Part shown: positions 51,101 to 61,600 of the stretch, piece after piece | Layout: every line of letters starts with the position of its first letter | Position numbering within the stretch: position 1 is the stretch's first letter | IMG/VR virus record: IMGVR_UViG_3300028581_000018 | Coordinates: 1-64,000 of that record | From: a virus | Direction: 5' to 3' (one strand) | Length of the DNA: 64,000 nt | Program-made: the position numbers and the translations under genes | The notes under the pieces: generated by a model | What the model was told of the DNA's origin: nothing | The model's input: only the letters and a program-made list of their open reading frames with translations | Databases searched by the model: none

Positions 51101-51433
51101 TTTTACATCACCCAGCGCATAATATCTTTCAAAAGATTGACCACTTAAATCTTTACCACCATATTGAAATAGAGATGCTAGCTTGGGAGAACGTGATGCA
51201 TTGATTGAAGCAACATCCATTTTTTGTTGGAGTTGGTTATTAAACAATTTACCAGGATCTCCTGATGTAGATGTTATTCCTGTTGCTAAAGGATCTGACT
51301 GTGTAGCATATGGATTAGGGCGCCCAACAGCATTTTTATAACCACTATTTAATACAGGATCTTTTAGATTAATGTTTTTTTGAATACCTGCTAGTGGATC
51401 AAAATTATTATTAGGTACTTGTAATTCTTCCAT
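48152..51433 (-). CDS. large structural/ejection protein
   Basis: 1093 aa; Ala/Gly-rich hydrophobic stretches, EGFQEVFQ; position in the virion-protein block. Confidence 0.65.
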   Translation of the reverse strand: MEELQVPNNNFDPLAGIQKNINLKDPVLNSGYKNAVGRPNPYATQSDPLATGITSTSGDPGKLFNNQLQQKMDVASINASRSPKLASLFQYGGKDLSGQSFERYYALGDVKNKLGFNPFRDNESVYNANTSVFDDWKRMMTKSFMPLATRGAIDAFMSIPDLLSSSNKPLGNIDQADAYEKATEMGYSSRGGMLSSLSNIQMSFAYTVGIAAESVAEASLITAATQGLGAVPAAIRSGSKIVSSVGDIYGAINKTRKALQALSKNPLRAKTFWKAAGNDFVNFANPLRQTTEAFLDLRKSKNLTSLAKVAKTGGAFYRDVKEVSVALSESNLEGGFVNNEVYKSLYATELEKNNNQPLSEGKVKQIYQQASAAGNEAGLLNWPIIYLSNRITIGNAFRGFRPIRELTEDVVKRKGGYLNVIRGKGKAPKVEWVKDSFLPKISLKEGRKTLLSGLKYTSANFMEGFQEVFQEAVAIGAKEHYINAFNNPVAANFLAHKAAYIHGAKEQLSGQGLETFLSGFLIGAHMKPINTAIAKAPIAYNYFFDKTEYGNYLKAKEEYGPKLAKTLTEMMQDVDVMFDSRFFNVAAQDEFARGMDDAQLRNDEWKQKNERDGARALGILTAINTGTLDYYLENLETIEEQEAQDVADAYNVTLEKAQRMKQEVPEFKKKVAAIRERHKYMTENFELPAEASTEGMIKDSPEYIKAKLKENAYRHTITNAIFNGSIFDAQLERKEKLYAEAMAVDSPIGGGANSLFTMLFNPQNSENEVSLLQQEIDILKKSTKESDKKILSEKEDLLKTLTGTVFDSGIFGIPTEGSLIQMLTTLNSFDKYSQLKLQLLKASSPYKNATAAVKRNLTRKEEAKIDAEQQSLRGRVHAKTKELLGKLSKQSGTKIDDQKAMAFIDKLLDYHTISSNEKFMQPYIDAMFDPASLEEQYSRNFLIMQDLYNNKKTYADTIVNNFLKAHEKNATLNYLADKFQIYVDAEQFTNYVNSPPGKNVPIEFIDVRRGVQVTEDSLEYENYIEVLNIARELNNSEAVPAEERGETPDITDEERAFANNTVSDVSSVVDSTFTFSPDVLTAREKLSNNLNCK

Positions 51434-51435
51434 GG

Positions 51436-54400
51436 TTATTCAGAATCTACTGGTTCAGGGCTAATAATATTTTTTAGATTTGCTGTAGTTACATTAGCCA
51501 TAATATCATCAAACTGACTAAGAATTTGGCTAAACGAAGCGCCATTTGCAAGTACATCATTATCTATTGGTACAGATACACTATTTGTTCTATAAATACT
51601 TTTAAGAGGATCAAAATATTTATAGTCTACAGTTCCATTATATACCTGCATTATAGGATCAAAGCCAATGTTTAATTCAGCATCTCCCCGGCGATTTTTT
51701 TCTTGGTATGAAAATCTACCATTATTATCTGTATTTGATAAAAATAAATTATATCTAGGATCTACATCATATGTATCAAACAACGATGATTCAAAATCAT
51801 TAGAATTACTGTAAATAACAAATCCATCATTTACAATTTTTTCTTTTAAAGACTTAGCTTCTTCTTCATTAGTTGTAAACTGATTAACTACACCATTTAC
51901 AACTTCAGATGATATATTGTTAAACCAATATCCTCTTTTATCAATGTTACCACCAATTTGAACTAAAGGAGATAACTCAAAAGATTTACTACTTTTTGGA
52001 TTAGTTGCTTCATTATATAACTCTTGAGTAATAGCTTTTATAACTTCAACTTCAGTATTAGTTGCTAGGTTTTTAGGATTATAACCAATAGATATTTTTG
52101 GGGCACCTTTTAAGTCCTGATCTACTCTTGTAAGTATAGGTTGAATATCTGTTTGATAAGCTCCATAAAAACTCATATTTATAGGTGTTTGTTTATAATC
52201 ACCTTGAATTTTAAAGTTATTAACAGAAAGCTTTCCATCTTTACTAGTAGCAAACATACCTAAACCAGAAACTAAAGGATTTCCAGGATTTATTTTTAAA
52301 CCAATTTGTGGATCAGATACCATTTGTGCTGCAACTGTATTCAGTCCATCAAAAGATTGTTCACCTATAGATTCAAAGAATTGTTTTTTTGAAAGTTCAT
52401 TTGAAGGAACACCACCTGCTGGTGCATCTAAATCATCTTGTATTAATTGACCTTTATAATAAACTTTCATTTTACGTTTTGGTACTTGATAACCACTTAC
52501 ATAATATTCAATATTTATATCTTTTCCATATTTAGCATTTAAAGAAGTTGCTATTTCACCAGGTGAGCGTAATCCACCATCAGGATCTAATAAAGATGTC
52601 TTAAGCATTTCTGATTTAACTTTAGCTGATTCTTTACTTTCTTGATCAGGTTTTAATAACCAACCTACAGATTTATGAAGAAGCACAGAAAATATACCTG
52701 CTTCTGCAGGAAGATTTTTAAGATCATACATATCTTGTCCTTGTTTTTCTAACCAAGTAATTGCACTTTCTTCTTCTAATCTTCTTAGTACATTATCTAC
52801 AACTCTTTGGTTAAACTGTTTAGTTTTACTAACCTCTACTTTAGCTGATTGTATACTTTGGTCTATTTTACGCAATTGACCAGCATAACTTTGTAAAGCA
52901 TTACCAAGTGATGTTTTTAATAAACCTTCATTACCTTCTTTCAAAGGATCAATAGCTGTTAAAACGTCATTAATTGCAAATGTTCCAGTACTTCCTGAAC
53001 GTTCTCTGTTATTTTTAATATTGGCTAATATAACTTTAGCAGTTGCTGCATCAGGAGTATTAGTTCTAGAAACTTCATTTAGATATTTAACAGCGCCATT
53101 AACTGTATTTGCTTGTACTGATTGAATATTTTGTTCAGTTTCATTTACAGTTTTAGAATATTCAACTTGTTTAGCATCTTCATCTGGAAATTCTGCTTTT
53201 ATATCTTTTGTACCAAACTGTAACTGATATAATCTAAGAGCTTCTTCAGTTTTTTCTTTTTCTTCAAGTTCTAATTTTTTTAGAAATCTAGCATTTTCAT
53301 TTTTTTCACGCGTTTCAGCTCTAGCATTAGCACCTGCTTCACGCATTCTAGCTAAAGCAACAGGATCTGCTTTTATCTTAACTTCTGCACCCATTGCTGA
53401 ATTAGAAATAGCAGCTTGCATAAAGTCACCATTCATTTTATAAAAAGCAACTATTGCATCTGCACCTTGAGGTGTATATTGAGGAGATGTAGGAGTTGAA
53501 GAAAGACCAGATGGAGTAGTTATTGCATACCCATTATTAATGTTATTTGCAATGTCTGTTACAGACCGGCGATTAACTTCATTAACCTGAATTTGTTGTT
53601 CTAAGTTTTGTTTAGTTTGAACAAGTGGATGATTTTCATTTACATTGGGGATGCTTTCTAAAAACTGATTAACACGTTCTAGTTGATTTTGTAATGATGC
53701 ACCTTGGGTCTCCGCCATTTTTTTGCTATCATCAACTAATAACTGGTATTTTTCGTATTTGTCTTTTGCGTAAATCTGATCAGCTTCTTCTCTAGAAATA
53801 CCTTTACTTTCAGAGGTGCGAATAAAATTTTCTCTTTCTACATATGCCTCTACTGCATACATTCTCTTAACTGCAGGATCTTCTCCAATAAGAGCTTTGA
53901 AGTGTTCATAAAGGGGCACCTGCACAAGTTGACCATTCTTCCTAGTAACAATATACATCCCTTGAGATGTTTCTTGAACTACTGGTTTAAACTCTTTTGC
54001 CAGCTCATTTGCTCTACCCATTACATCAATCATAGGTACCGCATCTGGAGCACTCATATTTAATGCTTCATCTGCAGACGCCCGTTTGTACTCATCTAGT
54101 TTATACTGGATAAATAGTTGACCTTCATTCCAATATTTACCATCACATTTTTCTCCAACACAAGATTTTAATGAATCTAGTTTAGAAAAATTCTCCATAG
54201 CTTTTTTAGTAAGACTCATGTCATGTATAAGATTCTTGTCATTATACAATGGTGAAAAAACTTGAAGAGCTTGCTGGACATTTTGATCTAATGATAAATC
54301 CATGCTGGTTATCTTTTGTATCGCAGCTACAGATTGTTTATAGTATTGATCTCTGTTTTTAATATTATCCTCTCTAGTAAGAGGAGCATTTAAAAACTTA

Positions 54401-54543
54401 CCATAAAGACTATTTAATTTTGACCAGTTTTGATCATATTGCTGTTGCTTCTTTTGGATAACACCCGCAAAGAAATTAAAATCAGGCTGAAAAGGCTGAT
54501 ATTGTGGTATATAATCGGTCACACCACTTATGTAGGTTGCCAT
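51436..54543 (-). CDS. large structural/ejection protein
   Basis: 1035 aa; MATY...YQPFQPDF...QQQYDQ N-terminus typical of crAss-like cargo proteins. Confidence 0.65.
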   Translation of the reverse strand: MATYISGVTDYIPQYQPFQPDFNFFAGVIQKKQQQYDQNWSKLNSLYGKFLNAPLTREDNIKNRDQYYKQSVAAIQKITSMDLSLDQNVQQALQVFSPLYNDKNLIHDMSLTKKAMENFSKLDSLKSCVGEKCDGKYWNEGQLFIQYKLDEYKRASADEALNMSAPDAVPMIDVMGRANELAKEFKPVVQETSQGMYIVTRKNGQLVQVPLYEHFKALIGEDPAVKRMYAVEAYVERENFIRTSESKGISREEADQIYAKDKYEKYQLLVDDSKKMAETQGASLQNQLERVNQFLESIPNVNENHPLVQTKQNLEQQIQVNEVNRRSVTDIANNINNGYAITTPSGLSSTPTSPQYTPQGADAIVAFYKMNGDFMQAAISNSAMGAEVKIKADPVALARMREAGANARAETREKNENARFLKKLELEEKEKTEEALRLYQLQFGTKDIKAEFPDEDAKQVEYSKTVNETEQNIQSVQANTVNGAVKYLNEVSRTNTPDAATAKVILANIKNNRERSGSTGTFAINDVLTAIDPLKEGNEGLLKTSLGNALQSYAGQLRKIDQSIQSAKVEVSKTKQFNQRVVDNVLRRLEEESAITWLEKQGQDMYDLKNLPAEAGIFSVLLHKSVGWLLKPDQESKESAKVKSEMLKTSLLDPDGGLRSPGEIATSLNAKYGKDINIEYYVSGYQVPKRKMKVYYKGQLIQDDLDAPAGGVPSNELSKKQFFESIGEQSFDGLNTVAAQMVSDPQIGLKINPGNPLVSGLGMFATSKDGKLSVNNFKIQGDYKQTPINMSFYGAYQTDIQPILTRVDQDLKGAPKISIGYNPKNLATNTEVEVIKAITQELYNEATNPKSSKSFELSPLVQIGGNIDKRGYWFNNISSEVVNGVVNQFTTNEEEAKSLKEKIVNDGFVIYSNSNDFESSLFDTYDVDPRYNLFLSNTDNNGRFSYQEKNRRGDAELNIGFDPIMQVYNGTVDYKYFDPLKSIYRTNSVSVPIDNDVLANGASFSQILSQFDDIMANVTTANLKNIISPEPVDSE

Positions 54544-54545
54544 AT

Positions 54546-55181
54546 TTAGATATATTTAAATGTTGTTTTATTTATTCTTTTTCCTAATAGGATTCTTGAA
54601 AGAGAACCTTTGGTCATTCCAATTAACTCACAAACTTCAGCTAATGAGCTATATATAACGCCTGTTGTAATATCTATAATTTTTTTTCCTCTTTTTTCCC
54701 TATGTAGCTTTGTATAGTTTATACCTTCTCTTGATCTTTTTAAAAGTTCTTTATGTTGACAAGAAAGTGTCCTTTGTTTTAAAGCTTCAATACAGGCTTG
54801 AGATGGTTTTTTGCCTTTATTTGCTTGTCTTAATTTTTCTATTGTTGCTTCTGAATGTATAGAGCAACCATTTGGATTTGTAGGTTTTATATTATAACCA
54901 GTTGATCTGTCCAAACAATTTAATTCATTAACCCAATAGTGTTCTCTAGCATGTAAATTACTGATGTCACATTTTTCAATCATCTCGAAAATAAAATTTT
55001 CTTCACCGTACTTAGTCCATGCTCTTTGCAAATAACTATTATTATGTTTGTCTTTTCTTAAATCATAGAGATGTCCATTTATTCTAGTTCTTACATTGGA
55101 AGCACAACCAATATATATTTTACCGTTAGTTATACTAGTAATTTTATATATTCCAGGAGTTGATTGTATATAAGTAGCCAT
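54546..55181 (-). CDS. free-standing GIY-YIG homing endonuclease
   Basis: PGIYKI...KIYIGCA...RINGH...LQRAW; NUMOD3-like HSEAT and C-terminal HTH; no intron core around it. Confidence 0.9.
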   Translation of the reverse strand: MATYIQSTPGIYKITSITNGKIYIGCASNVRTRINGHLYDLRKDKHNNSYLQRAWTKYGEENFIFEMIEKCDISNLHAREHYWVNELNCLDRSTGYNIKPTNPNGCSIHSEATIEKLRQANKGKKPSQACIEALKQRTLSCQHKELLKRSREGINYTKLHREKRGKKIIDITTGVIYSSLAEVCELIGMTKGSLSRILLGKRINKTTFKYI

Positions 55182-55186
55182 ATCTT

Positions 55187-58100
55187 TTAACTAAATAAAC
55201 CTTTGTATTGTGTATAATAATTAGGATCTACTCCTGTATTTTGAGTCTTTGACTTGTACTCACGATCATATTGTTCTTTTGCAAATTGTGCAGCTTTATT
55301 ATCATCAACACCCATTTGTGACTTAATTTTTTCTTTTCTTTTTGCAATCTCATCCCAGTCATATTCTGCAGAAGCAGTTTGTGAACCGTCAAATGGTTTA
55401 GATACACCTGTTGGTAATACAAAACCACTACTTGGATCAACTTGATATTGTGGATTTAAAACATTTAACGCTTGCGTTTTCCCCCGGTTGGTAAGTGCAT
55501 TAGTGTAAGCTTGTGTATACTGCTGCCGTGCTTGATTTTTAGCATTCTCAAATTGTTGATTAGCTACTGTAGTTTTATCAAATATATTTGTAGCCCTATC
55601 AGCAGCCGCTTTTCTACCAGCATCTATTAAACCAACATTTATTTGGTTGGCTTGGTTATAGATATTTTGGTTAGCGTTATTAACAGATGATAATGTATCA
55701 GCTATACTTTTAGCAGCGTTGCCTTGTAAATCAGACATTCTAGCAGAAAAAGCTTGTGGCCCACTATATGAAGTTAAACCTTGTACAGCTTGTCCAGCAG
55801 ATTCATTAATTGCAGCAATTTGACGATCCGGGTCTATATATGATGCAAACATTTGTGGTGGTTCATATGGTGCTACAAAAGGTAACTGTTTGTTTATGTT
55901 ATACAAGTTACCAAAGGTAGCAAGATTAAGAACTTCATCCTGCGCCCACCATGGAGTAAATCCTGGTACACCAGGAATATTTTGATTTGTTTGCGTAGGT
56001 TGATCTGTTTCAGTTTCAGTAGTTGTACTTGGTTCTGTAAACTCTTCTTCAGCATATTTACCAGGATCATATCCAGCTAATTGACCACGAGTAGTATTAG
56101 CAAGTACATTATCAGCTCTAGAAATAGAGCCTGCCTTATCTCCTGTAATTTTATCATTAAACTTACCAGCTTGTTGTATGCTGTAAGGCTTAAGTTTTTC
56201 TTTCAGTGCTGGAGGTGCGTCTTTATCATCACGATACTTTAATAGATCTCTATAAGCAATGTAAGATAACTGTTGACCAATACCTGAAGTTCCAGATGGT
56301 GGTGTAATACCAATCTGTTTAAGTTTTGTATTTATATCTGCACCTGTTTCACCTGCTTTACTAACATCATAACCATGTGCCTGTAAAGCAAGATTAGCTT
56401 TTTCAAATTCTAAAAACTGTTGAACTATTTCATCAGGAGAAAGATTCCGCAGCTCATTTTTTTGAGCTTCTGTAATTTTTTCACCAAAATAGTCATTGTT
56501 GTCCAAACCCTTTTTAAACTGTTCAACAAATGCATCTTTAACATCAGTGTCACTAAATGTTTCTTCTATAGCAGCATATTGTTGAGCAAATCCTTTATTA
56601 TTATTAAAGATCTTCGTAAAATCATTAGACTGTTCATCAAGTGTAAATTGTCTTGGTTGAGATGTAACCTTTCTTAATTTACCATCTGCTGTTTCATAAA
56701 TATCACCAACATTTAAATTATTCTTATCAAAACCAGCATCTTCTTCTTTAGGATAGTTTGATTTTTTACCAGCATTATCAGATGCTGTAACTGGCGTAGT
56801 TTCAGTTTTAGTAGTTGTAGGAGAAGGAGTAGCTTCAGAGGATGTTTGATTAGTTGCAGATTGAGTAGGTGTAGTGGATGGTTGAGTAGTTGCAGGTTGC
56901 GTTTGAGTTACTGGAGTTGCAGTTGCAGGAGTATACTCAGATAAAGTTTTATCAAATGCAGCACCTTGATTTTTTTTGTTGTATGCGTCTTTTGCAAATG
57001 TAGGTTCGTAGTTATACTGTTGTGGGTTCTCAGTATAAAATTCGCGTGGTGTTTCAGTTGTCTTAGGAGCATTGTTATTAAAGTCAAAATTATTCCACAT
57101 CAAAGATCTAGGAACAAAATTATCTTTAAAGTTCTTAACATATACATCAGGTTCAGCATCTAAATTTTTTCCTGTTTGATATGAACCATTAATTTTAGCT
57201 TCATCAATAGAAGCAAAACTATTAGGGTTAGTTAAAAAAGAATTGTAATCAAAGTTTGGTACATCTTTAACTGTACCACCCATAGTAGAAGGATCTACAC
57301 TTCCACTAGCAACTAAAACTAAATCTTTAATTGAGCGACCAGTATTAAATTTATAATCAACAAGCCTTACTTGCATTTCAGGTTTTAAAGAATTATAATC
57401 TACACCTAACTTGGTAAGCTCATCAACTGTTTTTTGTATATGTTCTTTCATTTTAGTCTTATTACTACCAGTCCAGTTATCATCTGAATACTTACTTTGA
57501 TAAGACGTATTACCTTGTGTGGCTGCTTTACCACCTTTCATGCCAGCATCTCTTTCATGCTTAAGTATATACTTTGTCCAGTTATCATTCCAGCTATTAA
57601 ATGCTGTATCAATTGGATCTCCACTATTAGCTTGTGCTTGGCTATTAGCTGCATTTTGTAATGCTACTGCGTCATTTCCACGATATGTGCCAGATTGAGC
57701 ATCTGACTTTAAGATATTTATTAGACCTTCTTGATTAGAATCAAGATTAACTGCATTACCTGTTTGAAAAATAGGTAATGAAATACGTACACGAGATCTT
57801 GATTGTCCACCTTCACGCATATATGGCATGCCACCATATTCCATTACAGGGTTATAGTAAGATCCTCCATACATCATCATCATCTCTGGTGATACTCCTT
57901 GCATCATTTGTGGATCAACAGGTTGTTGATCTGGAGCCATCATTTGTTGAGCTTCTGGTTCTTCTTGAATTGGCCCTTGATTATATGACTCTGTTGGTAC
58001 ATCTTGTATGTTTTCTTCACCAGGTTGAGTTTGTGGTAAAAGCATTTCTGGTTTAATACCTTTGGACTCTAGGTAAGGCATCGCAATTACAGGTATCCCC

Positions 58101-58657
58101 TGGGGGAAACCTTTAATAGATTCTTGTGCTAAAGCTAAAGAACCTAATTTAAGATTAATGTTTTTAAGCATCATCTCTGCGGTGCGTACTTGTAAGGTGT
58201 CGCTGTTCTTATCTTGCAACATCTTACGATACTCATTACCTTTTTTGTTTATGTGGTTTGATATTTCCGCGGGGGTATATGCTTTCTTACCCTTCTTAGT
58301 AGGCATACCAAAGTATGCTAACAAATCAGGATCTTTTATAAGCATTGCCCTAGTATCAGAAAAGATAAAAGTGTTTTCAGGTAGATTAAGTGGTACGCCA
58401 CCGCTTGAGTGGCGGGGCCCAGATATCTTGTAGAACTCAGCCATGCCATCTTTGTTGATGTCACCCATGGCTGTTTCACCACCTTCAGCTTCTAAGTTAG
58501 CTTCATTTCTAGGAACACGAGTAAGTGCTTTACGAGATGTTAAGTCAGGAGTTTTAAACTCATTAACATTGGCACCACCCCACATGCTCATTTGACGAGC
58601 ATTTGCGGTAACCTCATTTCCGTATTGTGCTTTAGGTAATGTAACGCGAACTTTCAT
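55187..58657 (-). CDS. virion cargo protein with possible lysozyme-like module
   Basis: EAEGGE...GPRHSSGGVP...FIFSD N-terminal domain; ILKHE...VDYKFNTG segment. Confidence 0.65.
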   Translation of the reverse strand: MKVRVTLPKAQYGNEVTANARQMSMWGGANVNEFKTPDLTSRKALTRVPRNEANLEAEGGETAMGDINKDGMAEFYKISGPRHSSGGVPLNLPENTFIFSDTRAMLIKDPDLLAYFGMPTKKGKKAYTPAEISNHINKKGNEYRKMLQDKNSDTLQVRTAEMMLKNINLKLGSLALAQESIKGFPQGIPVIAMPYLESKGIKPEMLLPQTQPGEENIQDVPTESYNQGPIQEEPEAQQMMAPDQQPVDPQMMQGVSPEMMMMYGGSYYNPVMEYGGMPYMREGGQSRSRVRISLPIFQTGNAVNLDSNQEGLINILKSDAQSGTYRGNDAVALQNAANSQAQANSGDPIDTAFNSWNDNWTKYILKHERDAGMKGGKAATQGNTSYQSKYSDDNWTGSNKTKMKEHIQKTVDELTKLGVDYNSLKPEMQVRLVDYKFNTGRSIKDLVLVASGSVDPSTMGGTVKDVPNFDYNSFLTNPNSFASIDEAKINGSYQTGKNLDAEPDVYVKNFKDNFVPRSLMWNNFDFNNNAPKTTETPREFYTENPQQYNYEPTFAKDAYNKKNQGAAFDKTLSEYTPATATPVTQTQPATTQPSTTPTQSATNQTSSEATPSPTTTKTETTPVTASDNAGKKSNYPKEEDAGFDKNNLNVGDIYETADGKLRKVTSQPRQFTLDEQSNDFTKIFNNNKGFAQQYAAIEETFSDTDVKDAFVEQFKKGLDNNDYFGEKITEAQKNELRNLSPDEIVQQFLEFEKANLALQAHGYDVSKAGETGADINTKLKQIGITPPSGTSGIGQQLSYIAYRDLLKYRDDKDAPPALKEKLKPYSIQQAGKFNDKITGDKAGSISRADNVLANTTRGQLAGYDPGKYAEEEFTEPSTTTETETDQPTQTNQNIPGVPGFTPWWAQDEVLNLATFGNLYNINKQLPFVAPYEPPQMFASYIDPDRQIAAINESAGQAVQGLTSYSGPQAFSARMSDLQGNAAKSIADTLSSVNNANQNIYNQANQINVGLIDAGRKAAADRATNIFDKTTVANQQFENAKNQARQQYTQAYTNALTNRGKTQALNVLNPQYQVDPSSGFVLPTGVSKPFDGSQTASAEYDWDEIAKRKEKIKSQMGVDDNKAAQFAKEQYDREYKSKTQNTGVDPNYYTQYKGLFS

Positions 58658-58659
58658 AA

Positions 58660-61600
58660 TTATAAGTATTCAATTGTACCACCCATGCGTTGAATATAAG
58701 CAACTTCTTCAGGTGTCAAATCCATTTCATAAGTACCACCCATTTTCATCATACCCCCAAATTTAGCAAATCCACTTGACACACCGGGACTAAACTGTTG
58801 ACGTTGACCCATAAATGATTGATATGGTCTTGACATATCATATGTGTTTATGTTAATGCCCTCATCTGGGTTAGCATAAGTTTGTGCAAAGTAGTTATAA
58901 GGATCTGTTTCACGGTTTAACATTTCAGCTTGAGCAAGCTCCTGATCTGCACGATTTTTCAGATTAGTAATTAAATTGGCACCAGCATATCCTATGTCTC
59001 CATACTGTGTAACACTTAAAGGATCTTTTCTAAAATTAAGACCAAATGTTTTCATTGAAGCATCTGGATCAACTTCTTGAGCACGTTCTTTAGCTGTCTT
59101 AGTAGGTAACTGCATTGGTTGTGGGCGCGCCCCAACTAAAGCACTATTATCAAATGGCTCCATAGCAAATTCAGTGTCACCAAATGTTTTAGCAGACTGA
59201 CCAGGGTTAGAAATTGAACGTGGTGCTAAAGTTACTTCACTTGCATCAGGGCCTTGGAATCTAGGTAATCCACCATTTTTATAAAGATATAGTTGTCCCC
59301 CGTTTTGTTTATTTTTAAGAGGTGGTGCAACAGGAAAGTTTTCAATAAACTTTTTATCTTCTGGATTTCGAGAATCAATATAAACTGCAGTATCTCCTTC
59401 TGTACCAAATCTTTCAGTTAAACACTCTAAAGAATATGGTTCAAAGTTTGTACATCCATAGCTACCAAATCTATTATCAGGTTGACTAAACCTTTTAAGT
59501 CTTGATTGATATTCTACTGGATCATGATGTGGTTTTGCACCTATACCCTGTGAAGGATCCCACGTATAACCAGGTTTTGCTCCTGCACCATATACAACAT
59601 GCATTGCTAAAGGAGTTGTAGCAATAGGCGCATCTTCTCCAAAAGCAGCAATAGGTTTTTGATAATATCCAGGATAACCATAAATACTCTTATCGTATTT
59701 CATGTTATATGTTCCTGTTGGAGTAGATCTTGCCGCAGGATTGTCTTTTAAATATGATACTGGATAAGGATTGGCATTAGGATCTGTTTCATAATTTTTA
59801 CCAGCTAATCCCGTTAATACGGGAAACTTTTGATCAATTTTACCAGCTCTTACAAAATTGATAGTTCCTGTTGCCTTATCAACAATAACTCCAGATTCAA
59901 GATTGCTTCTTAAATCTTTATTTTCATAATAACCATCACCTTGAAATGGACTATTACCAGTATTTTTAAAATCAATACCATTTCTTCTTTGTAACAAAGG
60001 TGGTATTTTAACTTTTACATTGTTAACCTCTTTAGCATTTTGTTTTTTTGCTTGGTTAACTACTTTAGGAGTACTTGGCTTTTGATTATTAGATTGATCT
60101 ATTTGAGAACTTCTAGATGAAACATTAGTAGTTTTTGGTTGTTGAACCGTTTTAAAATCTTCAGTATTTTTTTTACGATTTATATCATTAACCAGTTGAA
60201 TATTTCCAGAAAGAAGTTCTTTTTTTAATGTAGAATTTTGTTCATAAGTACCAGTATAAGGTTCATCAAAATAATCTTGGAATATTTTTTTTCTAGATTC
60301 AAAAGATGGATCATACCCTTTACTCTTTACTATATCATAAAGTGTTGATCCACCAGTTTGATATGAATCTTCTTGATAAAAAGATTGTTTATTTCTTGGA
60401 TTAGGTTGACTAACTTTAAAACTCTCTTCTCTCTTCAATGCATCTACTTCACTTTGGTTAGTAAGATTAATTGGGCCAGCACCACTTAAATCAATTGGTG
60501 TTAGTGATTGTCTCATGTAATTTATAGCATCACTATTAGGTGCAAAATTGTTGTCAGCTTCCTGACCATATGCACCAGTATAAGAAGGATCTCTTGGTAT
60601 AGATTGGTTAATACTTTGAGTAGGTAAACCAGTAATACTGGTAGGAGGAATTTGTTGTATACCTGGCGTATACTGTGATGGTGGAGTTACTGAATAATCT
60701 CTTATATTAGTTTGTTGTGGAGGTGATATATTGTTTGGATCTAATAGAGGTGGTACACCAATTCTAGCGGGTTTATTAGAAGATGTAGTGCCAGATGTAG
60801 TTGATGTTTCTTGTGGAAAATTAAGTGGAGGTAACGATCTACTAAACTGCATTGACAAGGTTCTAGGATTATTAATATTTCCTAAAAAACCTTTTTTAGC
60901 TTCTACGTTAGATAAATAAGATCTGTCTAATGGTATAGTGCCATATACTTTTTGAGCATCTGCAAAATCTCTAGCGCTTTTTCTTGTAAGACTATACCCA
61001 CGCGGTTGAAACCAATCATTAGAAATTGGCGCCGCGCCAAACATGCTTAACAAGTTACTCATATTTACACTCCTACCTATTCCTGGATATTGTGGAGTAG
61101 CACCCCTATTTTGAGCAGCTAGTAGCTGATTAAACTGTTCAGGAGTAAGTGATATGTTACCCGTATTAGACGTATTACCTGTTTGACTATTCTGAGTGCC
61201 TTGAAAAGTTGGTAAACCACCATATCTCATCATAGGGGGTTGGCTAAAGTAATCCATACTTTGTTCAACTGCTTCGTCAGCCATTGTATTAGCTACATTG
61301 CGCTGTATGCCAGCGACGAATTTTTTGAGACGCTCACCGCCATATGAAGAATCACCAGTAGGTAAACCATCTGTGTTTACCATTTCCTGTGCCATACCGC
61401 GCGCAGCTTTTTTAAGCTGAGATGTAAATTTATTACGCCCACGCTTTGAACCACCATACATATAATCTTCCTCACCATAATCTGCAGTGGCTGCCTCAAC
61501 AGCAGCGTTATACTGTTCTTCTTCAGCTTCTAAACCTGCAAGCTCTTCTGGAGTTGGTGTATTGTAAGATTTTTGATATTGAGCTGGTTGTGCAGATTCA

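Noticed and set aside
56877-56890. A sixth TTQPS-type repeat (gatggttgagtagt) in the 1156-aa protein
   Set aside because: It lies in a Thr/Pro/Gln-rich linker as a single copy; it may be related but cannot be shown to delimit a cassette
31855-60385. Shared SFYQED peptide and ~19-bp near-identity at ~31855 and ~60367
   Set aside because: Only two short AT-rich copies with no clear boundary role; could be chance
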